NCBI GenBank assembly: GCA_934141615.1
Contig: CAKPCM010000002.1
Coordinates: forward strand, 1 to 49,929
Reading direction: 5' to 3'
DNA: 49,929 bases
From: an uncultured Bacilli bacterium
GTDB lineage: Bacteria; Bacillota_I; Bacilli_A; RF39; UBA660
In this document: positions 11,764 to 21,985 of the stretch, in pieces
Numbering within the stretch: position 1 is the stretch's first letter
How the letters are laid out: every line of letters begins with the position of its first letter
The notes under the pieces: generated by a model
The model's database searches: none
The model's input: only the letters and a program-made list of their open reading frames with translations
What the model was told of the DNA's origin: nothing
Program-made: the position numbers and the translations under genes

Positions 11764-13749
11764 ATGCAGAATAATCAAAATATGAAAAAGGGAATGTTTC
11801 CTTATGTAATGTTATTAGTAATTGGTCTTGCCATAATGTTTTTATATAACATGACTAATGATATGAATAAGGAATTAACATATAATGAGTTTAATAAAGC
11901 ATTAAATAAAAATAACATTAAAGAAGTTGTTATAACACCTTCTACGCAAGCTTACACATACCAATTAACAGGTACGTTAAGAGATGCTAAAAAAGGAGAG
12001 ACATTTAGTGTTAAAACACCACTTTCTGATACTGTTATTAAACAAATAGTAAAGGCAAGTGAGAAAAAGGATTTTAAGATAGTATCTAAATCAGATCCTA
12101 CATCAAGTACTTGGTTTATGTTCTTAACAAACATACTTCCTTACCTAGTTTTATTTGGTATTGCATTCTGGTTCTTTACAAAGCAACTAGGTGGTCAAAA
12201 AGGATCAATGGACTTTGGAAGAAGTAGGGCTAAATTAAATCCTGATAAGGGAAAGGTAACATTTAAAGATGTTGCAGGATTACCTGAAGAAAAAGAAGAG
12301 TTACAAGAGTTAATTGATTTTCTAAAAAATCCAAAGAAATTTACTAAATTAGGAGCTAGAATACCTAAAGGTGTTTTACTTGTAGGTCCTCCAGGAACTG
12401 GTAAAACATTACTTGCTAAGGCAGTTGCAGGAGAAGCAAACGCACCATTCTACTTTATATCTGGTTCTGATTTCGTTGAATTATACGTAGGTATTGGTGC
12501 TTCGAGAGTAAGAGATATGTTTAAACAGGCAAAGCAAAATGCACCTTGTTTAATATTTATTGATGAAATTGATGCAGTAGGTCGTCAACGTGGTACGGGT
12601 ATTGGTGGAGGTCATGATGAAAGAGAACAAACTCTTAACCAATTATTAACTGAAATGGATGGTTTTGGAGCAAACGAAGGAATTATAATAATTGCAGCAA
12701 CTAACAGACCTGACGTACTTGATCCAGCACTTTTAAGACCAGGAAGATTTGATAGGCAAGTAACTGTTGCCCTTCCAGAACAAAAGGCGAGGGAAGAAAT
12801 ATTAAAAGTACACGCAAGAGGTAAGGTTTTATCTAAAAACGTACACTTAGATAATATCGCTAAAAGAACGGTTGGTTTTTCTGGAGCAGATTTAGAGAAC
12901 TTACTTAATGAGGCTGCATTACTTGCAGTTAGAAGAGAGAAAAATGCTATTACAATGTCTGAAATAGACGAGGCAATAGATAGAGTTATTATGGGACCTG
13001 CTAAGGTAACTAAAAAATATACTCCAGCAGAAAAGAAGTTAGTAGCATATCACGAAGCTGGACACGCAGTATTAGGAATTAAGCTTGATAATGCAAATGA
13101 TGTTCAAAAAGTAACTATTATTCCACGTGGTGAGGCTGGTGGATATAACTTAATGCTTCCAAAAGAAGAGAAATATACGGCAACTAAAACAGAATTATTA
13201 GAACAAATAATGGGCTTACTTGGTGGTCGTGTTGCAGAAGAAGTTGTGTTTGGTGAAATAACAACGGGAGCACATAATGACTTTTCAAAGGCAACAAAGA
13301 TTGCAAGAAGTATGGTAACAGAATACGGAATGTCTAGTTTAGGACCAGTTCAATTAGAAACTCCAGAAGGAAGTTCATTCTTAGGAAGAGATTATAATAA
13401 AAACAGAAACTTCTCTGACCAAGTAGCACTAGAAATAGATAATGAAGTTAGAAAAATAATTAATGATTGTTATAGTAAAGCTAAAAAGATAATAGAAAAA
13501 AATAGAGATTTACTTGATTTAATAGCATCTAACTTAATTGAACATGAAACATTAACAAAAGAACAAATAGATTACATAGCAGAAAATGGTAAGATGCCAG
13601 TTGAAGAAATGCTAGATGATGTAAACCTTTCAAAACTAAAAGAAATGGCTAAGGCTCAAGGGATTAAAGGTTATTCTTCAATGAATAAAGATGAACTTAA
13701 AAAGGCTTTATCAAATGATTTATCAGAAGAAGATGAAAAAGACGACTAA
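11764..13749 (+). CDS. ftsH: ATP-dependent zinc metalloprotease FtsH (with Rho_N-like C-terminal tail)
   Basis: Walker [12 protein letters not shown], Walker B IIFIDEID, SRH, Zn site HEAGHA; two N-terminal TM segments. Confidence 0.97.
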   Translation: MQNNQNMKKGMFPYVMLLVIGLAIMFLYNMTNDMNKELTYNEFNKALNKNNIKEVVITPSTQAYTYQLTGTLRDAKKGETFSVKTPLSDTVIKQIVKASEKKDFKIVSKSDPTSSTWFMFLTNILPYLVLFGIAFWFFTKQLGGQKGSMDFGRSRAKLNPDKGKVTFKDVAGLPEEKEELQELIDFLKNPKKFTKLGARIPKGVLLVGPPGTGKTLLAKAVAGEANAPFYFISGSDFVELYVGIGASRVRDMFKQAKQNAPCLIFIDEIDAVGRQRGTGIGGGHDEREQTLNQLLTEMDGFGANEGIIIIAATNRPDVLDPALLRPGRFDRQVTVALPEQKAREEILKVHARGKVLSKNVHLDNIAKRTVGFSGADLENLLNEAALLAVRREKNAITMSEIDEAIDRVIMGPAKVTKKYTPAEKKLVAYHEAGHAVLGIKLDNANDVQKVTIIPRGEAGGYNLMLPKEEKYTATKTELLEQIMGLLGGRVAEEVVFGEITTGAHNDFSKATKIARSMVTEYGMSSLGPVQLETPEGSSFLGRDYNKNRNFSDQVALEIDNEVRKIINDCYSKAKKIIEKNRDLLDLIASNLIEHETLTKEQIDYIAENGKMPVEEMLDDVNLSKLKEMAKAQGIKGYSSMNKDELKKALSNDLSEEDEKDD

Positions 13750-13769
13750 TTGCTAGTCGTTTTTTTTTC
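13742..13769. terminator. Bidirectional hairpin terminator shared by convergent ftsH and the PBP gene
   Basis: ACGACTA (13742-13748)/TAGTCGT (13754-13760), 5-nt loop. T10 downstream on + and TTTTT downstream on -. Confidence 0.55.
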
Positions 13770-15677
13770 TTCTCTAATTACAGATTTACTTTTACTTTTA
13801 TATCCAGGCTCTGTTCCTTTTATGTAATATAAAATGGTTTTAAGTTTAGAGTCATTAGTTGCTTCTTTACCAGTGTTAACGTCTGTTAAAACACCAACGA
13901 CATTATCTGGTTTTTCATACCATTTAGCATCCTTTTCTCTTAAGTAGCCTTCTATCGTGTCTGCCCATATGTTTTTGGCATATTTATATTCTTTATTAGA
14001 TAACTTTCTATTATCATCATATCCAGTCCAGACTCCAACTACAACATCGGGGTTATATCCTACAGTCCATAAATCATAATCAGTAGTACCACTTTTAACC
14101 GCGTACTTCTTTGTTAGTTTAGGTTTAATAGATGCACAAGTAGGAGTTGTGTAACTCTTCAATGATGTATCATATGTATTAGATAAAAGTTCACTTAATA
14201 TATACGTGTATGATTTATTTAATACTTTATCCTTTTTACTTTTATATTCATAAAGTACATCACCATTACCATCTTCTACCTTTTTTATTAGGTGCTCTTT
14301 AACACTATACCCGGAGTTCGCCAAGGTAGCATATGCGTTAGTAAATTCTAAGATAGATAATTCATTAGTCCCAAGAGGAAGTGATGCATTAGCCTCTAAC
14401 TTACTTTTTATGCCCATTTTCCTTGCGTATTTAATCATCATATCTTCTCCTAAGAACAGATGTGTTTTAATTGCGTATATATTATCAGAGTAACAAATAG
14501 CAAGTGCCATTGTTATTTTATCATTGGGATAAATATTACCATAATTGCTGGGAGAATATGAAAGCCCATTATCTAAAGTAAAGGTTGTTGGTTTGCTTAA
14601 AAATGTAGTTGATGCAGTAAGACCATTTTCTAATGCAGCATAATATAAAATCGGTTTCATGGTGGAACCTACTTGTCTTTTAGATTGCATTGCTCTATTA
14701 TATTGTGATTTAGAATAATCTTTTCCACCAGCAAGTGCTATTACTTCACCATTATTTGGATTCATAACAACAGCGGATGTTTGCATTTCTTTTTTTCCTT
14801 CTAAATTATTTTTAATCGCATCATCTAATGCTGTTTGCGCACTAATATCAAGACTAGTATATATTTTAAGCCCTTCTTGTCTAATTGTGTTTTCACTTAC
14901 TATTTTTAAGTCTTGTAATTCTCTTATTACAGCATCTTGATAATACATTAAAGTAGATAGATTAAGGTTTTCCTTTTTTCCGTAATAGCTTAGTTTCACA
15001 TTAATGGTGTCATTCATTTTATCTTTTGTAATTATTTTGTTATTTACAAGTGCATTTAATATTTCTTTCTGCCTTTTTTTAGCGGCGTTTAAATCATTTA
15101 ATGGAGAATAATTGTCTGGAGACTTTGGTATTCCTGCAAGCATCGTACTTTCAGCTAAATTTAATTCTTTAGCAGGTTTATTAAAATAATATTCAGATGC
15201 ATTTTCAATTCCAAGTATTCCATTTCCATAATTAATTGTGTTTAAGTAGCCTTCTAATATTTCATCCTTCGAGTACTGCGTCTCTAATTTAAAAGCATAC
15301 CAAGCTTCTTTAATTTTTCTTTCCCAAGTTTTATCAAATGTCAAAAATAAATTTCTTGCATACTGCTGCGTAATTGTTGAAGCTCCTTGCGTTAGATTTT
15401 TAGATTTTATATTTATAAACATGGATTTTACTATTCTAGGAATATCAAAACCATTGTGCTTATAAAAGTTTTTATCTTCTGAATATATAGTTGCATTAAC
15501 TAAGTCTTTAGATATGTCCTTTAATTTGACCCATTTTTTAGTACCATTATTACCTTCATAGAAACTTTTTTTATCTTTATCATACATATATATACTATTT
15601 GAGTTTTCTATATCTATTTTAGAACCATACTTAGCACATAAGAATAATATTGTATAAGATAGGCAGAATAATAACAT
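13746..15677 (-). CDS. Class A (bifunctional transglycosylase/transpeptidase) penicillin-binding protein
   Basis: GT51 motifs EDKNFYKHNGFD and GASTITQQYARN. Transpeptidase motifs STMKP (SxxK) and KSGTT (KTG-like). The ORF stays open to 15719 with an SD-supported ATT (see findings). Confidence 0.9.
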   Translation of the reverse strand: MLLFCLSYTILFLCAKYGSKIDIENSNSIYMYDKDKKSFYEGNNGTKKWVKLKDISKDLVNATIYSEDKNFYKHNGFDIPRIVKSMFINIKSKNLTQGASTITQQYARNLFLTFDKTWERKIKEAWYAFKLETQYSKDEILEGYLNTINYGNGILGIENASEYYFNKPAKELNLAESTMLAGIPKSPDNYSPLNDLNAAKKRQKEILNALVNNKIITKDKMNDTINVKLSYYGKKENLNLSTLMYYQDAVIRELQDLKIVSENTIRQEGLKIYTSLDISAQTALDDAIKNNLEGKKEMQTSAVVMNPNNGEVIALAGGKDYSKSQYNRAMQSKRQVGSTMKPILYYAALENGLTASTTFLSKPTTFTLDNGLSYSPSNYGNIYPNDKITMALAICYSDNIYAIKTHLFLGEDMMIKYARKMGIKSKLEANASLPLGTNELSILEFTNAYATLANSGYSVKEHLIKKVEDGNGDVLYEYKSKKDKVLNKSYTYILSELLSNTYDTSLKSYTTPTCASIKPKLTKKYAVKSGTTDYDLWTVGYNPDVVVGVWTGYDDNRKLSNKEYKYAKNIWADTIEGYLREKDAKWYEKPDNVVGVLTDVNTGKEATNDSKLKTILYYIKGTEPGYKSKSKSVIREEKKTTSN

Positions 15678-15876
15678 TAAAGCGATTAGAATTTTACATA
15701 TTATGTTTACTTTTTTAATTTAAATCGCCTTCTTTCTAATTTTAGTATTGGTAAAAAATAATAAAATATTAAAAGAATGAATAGATTTTTATATAAAATT
15801 AAATACAAATAATTGGTTAAAAATCAAAAAGTTTGCAACACGTTGGAATATTTTTATATTCAATGAGTTATTTTTA

Positions 15877-15905
15877 TTGACCTTTTTTCTTATCTATGCT
15901 ATATT
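15877..15905 (+). promoter_or_regulatory. Candidate sigma-A promoter for the DUF1934-argS operon
   Basis: TTGACC (15877-15882), 17-nt spacer ending in TGC, TATATT (15900-15905). Confidence 0.4.
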
Positions 15906-15934
15906 GACGTTAGAAAAATTTTAAGGGTGTTTTT

Positions 15935-16309
15935 ATGTCTAAAATTATTGTAAATCATAATATAAAATCTACTTCTTCACTTGAAGTTGTAAAAGATAAA
16001 AAAGGAATATTAAAAGATAATATAATTACTTATAATCATAATGGTGTTATGATTAAGCTTAAACTTTTAGAAAATAAAATTTTTTTTGAAAGAGAAAATA
16101 AGGACGTAAAGATATACTTGGAGTTTGAAAAGAATAAATCTATAATAACTAAATATGTTATTAAAGATATGGGGATAGAAATTAAACTTGAATCTAAAAC
16201 TAAAAATCTTATCATAAATCATAATAAAATAATGGTAGAATATGACTTATTTATGAATGGTGAATTTAGTGACAGTTTTAAGTATGAAGTAGAATGGAGC
16301 GATTTATAA
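15935..16309 (+). CDS. DUF1934 (YwiB-like) beta-barrel protein
   Basis: 124 aa, alternating beta-strand-like sequence, immediately upstream of and overlapping argS as in Bacillus ywiB-argS. Confidence 0.65.
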   Translation: MSKIIVNHNIKSTSSLEVVKDKKGILKDNIITYNHNGVMIKLKLLENKIFFERENKDVKIYLEFEKNKSIITKYVIKDMGIEIKLESKTKNLIINHNKIMVEYDLFMNGEFSDSFKYEVEWSDL

Positions 16310-17940
16310 TGAATCTGAAAGAAAAAATAAAAGAAATGATTAAATCCGCATTAAATGAATTATCCATCAAATTTGATTCGGAAAACATTGTTGTTGAAGT
16401 TCCTAAAAAAAGAGAGCAAGGAGACTTTTCAACTAACATTGCAATGCAATTAACTAAGGTTTTAAAAGATAATCCAAGAAATATAGCTGAAAAAATAGTG
16501 AAAGTTTTAAGTAAAAATACTAATGAAATTAAAACAATAGAAATAGCAGGTCCAGGTTTTATTAATATTTATTTAAATGATGAATATGTTTTTAGCGGAA
16601 TATCTAATGTAATAAAACAAGGTGAAAATTATGGTTCATCATCCATTGGAAAAAAAGAAAAAATAGATATAGAATTCGTTAGTGCAAACCCAACTGGAAT
16701 ACTTCATTTAGGTACTGCAAGAGGGGCAGCATATGGTTCTAATCTTGCTAATATAATGTCTTTTGCGGGCTATGATGTTACTAAAGAGTACTATATAAAT
16801 GATGCTGGAAACCAAATAATAAACTTAGGTGTTTCATTAAAGGAAAGATATAAGGGTTTATGTGGTTTAGAAGAAAATATGCCAGAAGATGGTTATTATG
16901 GTTCTGAAATTATTGATATTGCCAAAACTATTTTTGATAAGTATGGTGATTCTAAGCTAGATGAAGATTTAGAATTCTTTAAGAAAGTTGCGGTTGATTA
17001 TTTGCTTAACATAATAAAAACGGATTTATCTAATTTTGGTGTTACGTTTGATGTATGGACAAGTGAAAAGAGTATTCGTGCTAAAGGAAGAATTGAAGAA
17101 TCATTAAAAATTCTTGATGAAAAAGGTTTGGTTTATAAAAAAGACGATGCAACATGGCTTAAAACAACCGTTTATGGTGATGATAAAGATAGGGTACTTA
17201 TAAAAACTGATGGTAGTTATACGTATTTAGTACCAGATATAGCTTATCATCTAGATAAATTTGATAGAGGTTTTGATTATTTAGTAGATGTTTTTGGAGC
17301 GGATCATCATAGTTATGTATCAAGATTAAAGGCTAGTATTGAGGCTTTAGGATATGATAAGGATAAACTAGAGGTTAGACTTCTTCAAATGGTAAGACTT
17401 CTTCGTGATGGAGAAATTGTTAAAATGAGCAAAAGAACAGGCGGAAATATTACTATTTCTGAACTTGTTGGAGAAATAGGTAAAGATGCTGCCAGATATT
17501 TCTTTGCAACTAGAAGCTTGGATGGTCAGATGGATTTTGACATCAATTTAGCTCTTAAAAAATCTAGTGAAAACCCATTCTTTTACGTTGGATATGCAAA
17601 TGCTAGAATTTGCTCTATATTAAGAGATGCTAAAGAAAAGAACATAGATATTTGTACCGAAATAAAAGAAGGTTTAGACTTAGACTCAAAAGCACTTTTA
17701 TTAAAGGTTTATGAATTTACTGAAGTTTTAGTAAGTGCTGCTTTAAAGAAAGAACCACATTTAATTACTAATTACGTGTATGAATTAGCTAGTATGTTCC
17801 ATAATTATTATGGTAAACATAAAATATTAACTGATGATATAAAAGCGTCAGAAAAACGTTTAGGGCTTATTAAAACGGTTGGTATAACCATAACTAATGC
17901 TTTAAAATTAATAGGTGTTAAAGCGCCAGAAAAAATGTAG
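16309..17940 (+). CDS. argS: Arginine--tRNA ligase
   Basis: HIGH-type motif ANPTGILHLGTARG and KMSKRTG motif. The ATG at 16309 overlaps the upstream stop (TAATG); the track start at 16294 is less likely. Confidence 0.95.
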   Translation: MNLKEKIKEMIKSALNELSIKFDSENIVVEVPKKREQGDFSTNIAMQLTKVLKDNPRNIAEKIVKVLSKNTNEIKTIEIAGPGFINIYLNDEYVFSGISNVIKQGENYGSSSIGKKEKIDIEFVSANPTGILHLGTARGAAYGSNLANIMSFAGYDVTKEYYINDAGNQIINLGVSLKERYKGLCGLEENMPEDGYYGSEIIDIAKTIFDKYGDSKLDEDLEFFKKVAVDYLLNIIKTDLSNFGVTFDVWTSEKSIRAKGRIEESLKILDEKGLVYKKDDATWLKTTVYGDDKDRVLIKTDGSYTYLVPDIAYHLDKFDRGFDYLVDVFGADHHSYVSRLKASIEALGYDKDKLEVRLLQMVRLLRDGEIVKMSKRTGGNITISELVGEIGKDAARYFFATRSLDGQMDFDINLALKKSSENPFFYVGYANARICSILRDAKEKNIDICTEIKEGLDLDSKALLLKVYEFTEVLVSAALKKEPHLITNYVYELASMFHNYYGKHKILTDDIKASEKRLGLIKTVGITITNALKLIGVKAPEKM

Positions 17941-17952
17941 GAGGATTTATTT

Positions 17953-18393
17953 ATGAACGTTAGACAAATGCCTTTAGAGGAATTAGAATTATTATCTTAT
18001 ACTGATATAGCATATGAGCTATTAAAACTTGATAAAAAACCTAAAACAACCCACGCTTTATTTAAAGAAGTATGTGACTTATTACAAATAAGTGAAGATA
18101 ATATGATGGATATGATAGGAGACTTTTATACTACGTTAACTACTGATAAGAGATTCATCCTATTAGATTCTGCTGAATGGGATTTAAAAGAAGCTCATTC
18201 TGTAAAAACAATAATTGATGATGAAGATGATGATGAAGTATCAGAAGATGAAGAAGATACTGATGAAACAGAACCAGAAGGAACTGAAGATGAAGCAGTA
18301 TCAGGTGATATAGATGATTTTGATGATACCGATGATGATATGGATGATTTAGAAGACTTAGCCATTGTAACAGAAGAAGAGATGGATGAGTAA
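17953..18393 (+). CDS. rpoE: RNA polymerase delta subunit
   Basis: N-terminal HARE-HTH-like domain ([11 protein letters not shown]...[14 protein letters not shown]) plus a long Asp/Glu tail. Confidence 0.88.
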   Translation: MNVRQMPLEELELLSYTDIAYELLKLDKKPKTTHALFKEVCDLLQISEDNMMDMIGDFYTTLTTDKRFILLDSAEWDLKEAHSVKTIIDDEDDDEVSEDEEDTDETEPEGTEDEAVSGDIDDFDDTDDDMDDLEDLAIVTEEEMDE

Positions 18394-19448
18394 TGTTTGA
18401 AAGATTAGAAGCAATAAAAGAAAGAAACGATGCAATTACTAAGGAACTTACTAAACCAGAAGTAATAAGCGATGTTAAAAAAGTTACTAAATTATCAAAG
18501 GAACAATCTGACTTATCAGAAATAATAGAATGTTACAATGCCTATTTAAAGGCTAAAAATGATTATGAGGAAGCTAAAGAGTTAGCACATGATCCCGAAA
18601 TGAAAGAATTTGCTATGGAAGAGGAAGAAAAAAATTTAAACAAGCAAAAAGAACTTGAAAAGCAATTAGAAATTCTTCTTTTACCAAAGGATCCAAATGA
18701 TGGAAAAAATATTATTGTTGAAATAAGAGGGGCAGCAGGCGGAGATGAGGCTAATATCTTTGCGGGCGATTTATATGATATGTACGTAAGATATGCTGAA
18801 AATCAAGGCTTTAAAGTAGAAACTTTAGATAGTACTCCAGGTTCTAGTGGTGGATATTCAGAAATCTCATTTATGATAAAGGGAGATAGTGTTTACTCAA
18901 AACTTAAATACGAATCCGGGGCACACCGTGTTCAAAGGGTTCCTCAAACAGAATCACAAGGAAGAGTTCACACGTCAACCGCAACGGTACTTGTAATGCC
19001 AGAGGTGGATGACGTTGATTTTGAACTTGATATGAATGATGTAAGAGTTGATATAACAAGATCATCAGGATGTGGTGGTCAAGGAGTAAACACAACTGAT
19101 TCAGCAGTTAGATTAACGCATATTCCAACGGGTATTGTAGTTTATTCTCAAACTGAGAGATCTCAAATTAAGAATAAAGAAATAGCAATAAAAATCCTAA
19201 AATCAAGAGTATATGATTTGAAAATGAGAGAAAAAGAAGCAGAAGTTGGGGCAGAAAGAAGAAGTAAAATAGGAACTGGTGACAGATCTGAAAAGATAAG
19301 AACGTATAACTATCCTCAAAACAGGGTAACTGATCATCGTATAGGTTATACAACAAACTCATTAGATAGAGTAATGAATGGTAAGTTAGACGATATAATC
19401 GAAGCTTTAATGACGGAAGATCAAAGAAGAAAATTAGCTGGAGAATAA
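18393..19448 (+). CDS. prfA: Peptide chain release factor 1
   Basis: GGQ motif [16 protein letters not shown] and PxT recognition loop [17 protein letters not shown]. Confidence 0.95.
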   Translation: MFERLEAIKERNDAITKELTKPEVISDVKKVTKLSKEQSDLSEIIECYNAYLKAKNDYEEAKELAHDPEMKEFAMEEEEKNLNKQKELEKQLEILLLPKDPNDGKNIIVEIRGAAGGDEANIFAGDLYDMYVRYAENQGFKVETLDSTPGSSGGYSEISFMIKGDSVYSKLKYESGAHRVQRVPQTESQGRVHTSTATVLVMPEVDDVDFELDMNDVRVDITRSSGCGGQGVNTTDSAVRLTHIPTGIVVYSQTERSQIKNKEIAIKILKSRVYDLKMREKEAEVGAERRSKIGTGDRSEKIRTYNYPQNRVTDHRIGYTTNSLDRVMNGKLDDIIEALMTEDQRRKLAGE

Positions 19449-19496
19449 CTCTTCAGCTTTTTCATATGTTATAATGTATTTTAAGGATGTGATTTA

Positions 19497-20618
19497 ATGA
19501 AATATACTTTTCCAGATTATGATAAAGGACTTATAAACGTAATTTGTTCTATTGAAAAATACTTTGGAATACCAAGTAAACATAATTCTCTTGATTTGTT
19601 AGATAATATATTAAATAAAAATAATAGCAAAAACGTGGTATTATTCTTATTTGATGGATTAGGTTACAACATTTTAAAAGATAATAAAGATATATGCCCA
19701 TTTTTATATGATAATTTAATAACTAACATATCATCTAATTTTCCGTCTACCACTATGTCTGCTAGAACAACCGTAGAATCAGGTCTTACTCCAAAAGAAC
19801 ATGGATGGCTCGGATGGGATATGTATTTTAAATGCTTTGATGAAGTTATATGCTTATCAAAAAACGTTATAAAAGGAACAAATAAGAGTCCTTGTAATTA
19901 TAATGTAGCTAAAACCCTTCTTAAATATGAACCAGTAACGGATATTATTAATAAAAAAGAAGGATGCGTATCAGAAACTTTAAGAGTTTATAGTAATCAT
20001 AAAACGGAGTCTTTAAGAAAGATGAAAAAGAAAATAAAAAAACTTACAAAATCAAAAGAAAGGGCCTATGTATATGCTTACTATAATGAACCAGATCATG
20101 CCCTTCATAATAATGGAGTAGGAAGCATCCAAATGAAAAAATACTTAAAGCACATAAATAAATGGTTTAAGAAAACTTGTAAGTCATTAAAGGACACAAC
20201 CGTAATAATGATCGCGGATCATGGCCACATAAACGTAGAATATATCAATTTAATGGATTATCCATCAATTACCAAAATGTTATCCCACAATATAGCAATA
20301 GATGATAGAGCAACTAGTTTTATGGTAAAAAAAGAATATAAGAAGACTTTTCCTTTAGAACTTAAAAAAGTATTAAAAGATGATTTTTTAATAATGACCA
20401 AGGAAGAAATTATAAAACAAGGATTATATGGCCCAGGATATGAAAATAAGTATTATAAGGATGGATTAGGGGACTTTTTCGCACTAGGAATAGGTAATAA
20501 GGCAATTAGATGGAATAATAAGACTAACTTGCATAAATCTGCACATTCCGGATTGACTTTAGATGAAATGCTTGTTCCGTTAGTTGTTGTTAATACTGAT
20601 AATGTAAAAAGATGGTGA
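19497..20618 (+). CDS. Alkaline-phosphatase superfamily protein (nucleotide pyrophosphatase/phosphodiesterase- or PglZ-like)
   Basis: LFDGLGYN, FPSTTMSARTT (nucleophile Thr/Ser region), EPDHALH, IADHGH metal-ligand motifs. Confidence 0.75.
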   Translation: MKYTFPDYDKGLINVICSIEKYFGIPSKHNSLDLLDNILNKNNSKNVVLFLFDGLGYNILKDNKDICPFLYDNLITNISSNFPSTTMSARTTVESGLTPKEHGWLGWDMYFKCFDEVICLSKNVIKGTNKSPCNYNVAKTLLKYEPVTDIINKKEGCVSETLRVYSNHKTESLRKMKKKIKKLTKSKERAYVYAYYNEPDHALHNNGVGSIQMKKYLKHINKWFKKTCKSLKDTTVIMIADHGHINVEYINLMDYPSITKMLSHNIAIDDRATSFMVKKEYKKTFPLELKKVLKDDFLIMTKEEIIKQGLYGPGYENKYYKDGLGDFFALGIGNKAIRWNNKTNLHKSAHSGLTLDEMLVPLVVVNTDNVKRW

Positions 20619-20623
20619 TAAAA

Positions 20624-21337
20624 ATGCAAAAAGAAATAGAATATTTAAAAAAATATTATAAAGGTGATATAAAAGATGCTATTAAAAGACTTAAAAATAA
20701 TGAACCGGTTCAGTATATAGTAGGAGATGTAGATTTTTATGGATATACGTTAGATGTTAATAAAAACGTTTTAATTCCTAGAAGAGAAACTGAAGAATTA
20801 GTAGAATATGTCATAAAATACGCTAAAAGGCTTAATAAACCCTCTATAATTGATGTTGGAACAGGAACTGGTGCAATTGCAATAGCACTTTCAAAAGAGC
20901 TTAATTTGCCTGTATACGCAAGCGACATATCTTCTTTAGCACTTGAAGTAGCAAGAAAAAATGTAGAAAAAACTAATTCAAAAGTATCATTACTTTTGGG
21001 AGATATGCTAAAACCTTATATAGATAAGAATATAAAGGTAGACATATTAGTTAGTAATCCGCCGTATATAAGGGAAGATGAAGAAATAGAAAAGATAGTT
21101 AAGGATAACGAGCCAGAAATAGCACTTTATGCGCCGAATAATGGATTGTTTTATTATGAAGAAATATTAAAAGATGCAAGCAAAGTATTAAATGATAAGT
21201 TTTTAATAGCATTTGAAATAGGAGAAAAGCAAGCATTTGATGTAGAAAAACTAGCACATAAATATTTGAAAGATGTAAAAGTAGAAATAAAGAAGGATTT
21301 GTCGGATAAAAATAGGTTTGTTTTTGTATATAATTAA
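20624..21337 (+). CDS. prmC: Release factor glutamine N5-methyltransferase
   Basis: IDVGTGTGAIAIAL SAM motif and VSNPPYI. GGTGA SD 5 nt before the ATG at 20624; the track start 20612 overlaps the upstream gene. Confidence 0.88.
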   Translation: MQKEIEYLKKYYKGDIKDAIKRLKNNEPVQYIVGDVDFYGYTLDVNKNVLIPRRETEELVEYVIKYAKRLNKPSIIDVGTGTGAIAIALSKELNLPVYASDISSLALEVARKNVEKTNSKVSLLLGDMLKPYIDKNIKVDILVSNPPYIREDEEIEKIVKDNEPEIALYAPNNGLFYYEEILKDASKVLNDKFLIAFEIGEKQAFDVEKLAHKYLKDVKVEIKKDLSDKNRFVFVYN

Positions 21338-21341
21338 AATA

Positions 21342-21377
21342 AATCACTCACTAGTTAATAGATGGTGGGTGATTTTT
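21342..21377 (+). terminator. Hairpin terminator after prmC overlapping the spoIIR SD
   Basis: AATCACTCAC (21342-21351)/GTGGGTGATT (21365-21374), one G.U pair, then TTTTT. Confidence 0.55.
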
Positions 21378-21379
21378 AA

Positions 21380-21910
21380 ATGAAAAAAATGATACTTATA
21401 TTCCTTGCTGGATTAATGATATTTTCTGTTTATAATAAATCAAAAAAGAATGAAGAGGTTAAACTTCCAGATTCTGCGATTAGATTTAGAGTTTTAGCTA
21501 ACAGTAATTCTCCAAGGGATCAAAAAATAAAAGAAGAAGTAAGGGATAAAATGCAAAAAGAACTTTATACCTTATTAGAAAACGCAAAATCAGCTAAACA
21601 AGCAAGAAGCTTAATAACTAGTAATATGGATAATTTTAATGATATATTAGCGGGTGAAATGAAAGATAAAGAGTATTCTTACACAATAGATTATGGTATG
21701 CATCCATTTCCAGAGAAAAAATACAAAGGAATTACATATGAGGCAGGAGAATATGAATCTTTATTAGTCACTTTAGGTAGTGGTGAAGGTGATAACTGGT
21801 GGTGTGTTTTATTTCCTCCATTATGTCTTTTAGAAGCTGAAGAAACTACTAATACTAGTGATGTAGAATATAAATCTTTTATAAAAGAAATAATAGAAAA
21901 ATATTTTTAA
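21380..21910 (+). CDS. spoIIR: Stage II sporulation protein R
   Basis: N-terminal signal/TM, IRFRVLANSNSPRDQKIKEEVRD, GEGDNWWCVLFPPLC signature. Confidence 0.88.
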   Translation: MKKMILIFLAGLMIFSVYNKSKKNEEVKLPDSAIRFRVLANSNSPRDQKIKEEVRDKMQKELYTLLENAKSAKQARSLITSNMDNFNDILAGEMKDKEYSYTIDYGMHPFPEKKYKGITYEAGEYESLLVTLGSGEGDNWWCVLFPPLCLLEAEETTNTSDVEYKSFIKEIIEKYF

Positions 21911-21985
21911 ACTAATTGTAATACTATTAATGTAGGAAGGTGATTTATTATCACAAGTATAATATTAATAGCAATTAGTTTAAGT

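Noticed and set aside
15678-15934. Looked for a T-box leader upstream of argS/DUF1934
   Set aside because: No specifier-loop/T-box (AANNNGGGTGGTACCGCG-like) sequence or terminator/antiterminator pair was seen, only divergent promoter-like elements.
20616-20621. Possibility of UGA=Trp recoding (Mollicutes-type code 4), raised by the TGG TGA TAA ending and Mollicutes-like rpoB
   Set aside because: TGG encodes Trp at conserved positions throughout (for example WWIRQ in sigma and NWWCV in SpoIIR). All core genes have normal lengths under code 11. The TGA is directly followed by TAA, so either code gives essentially the same product.
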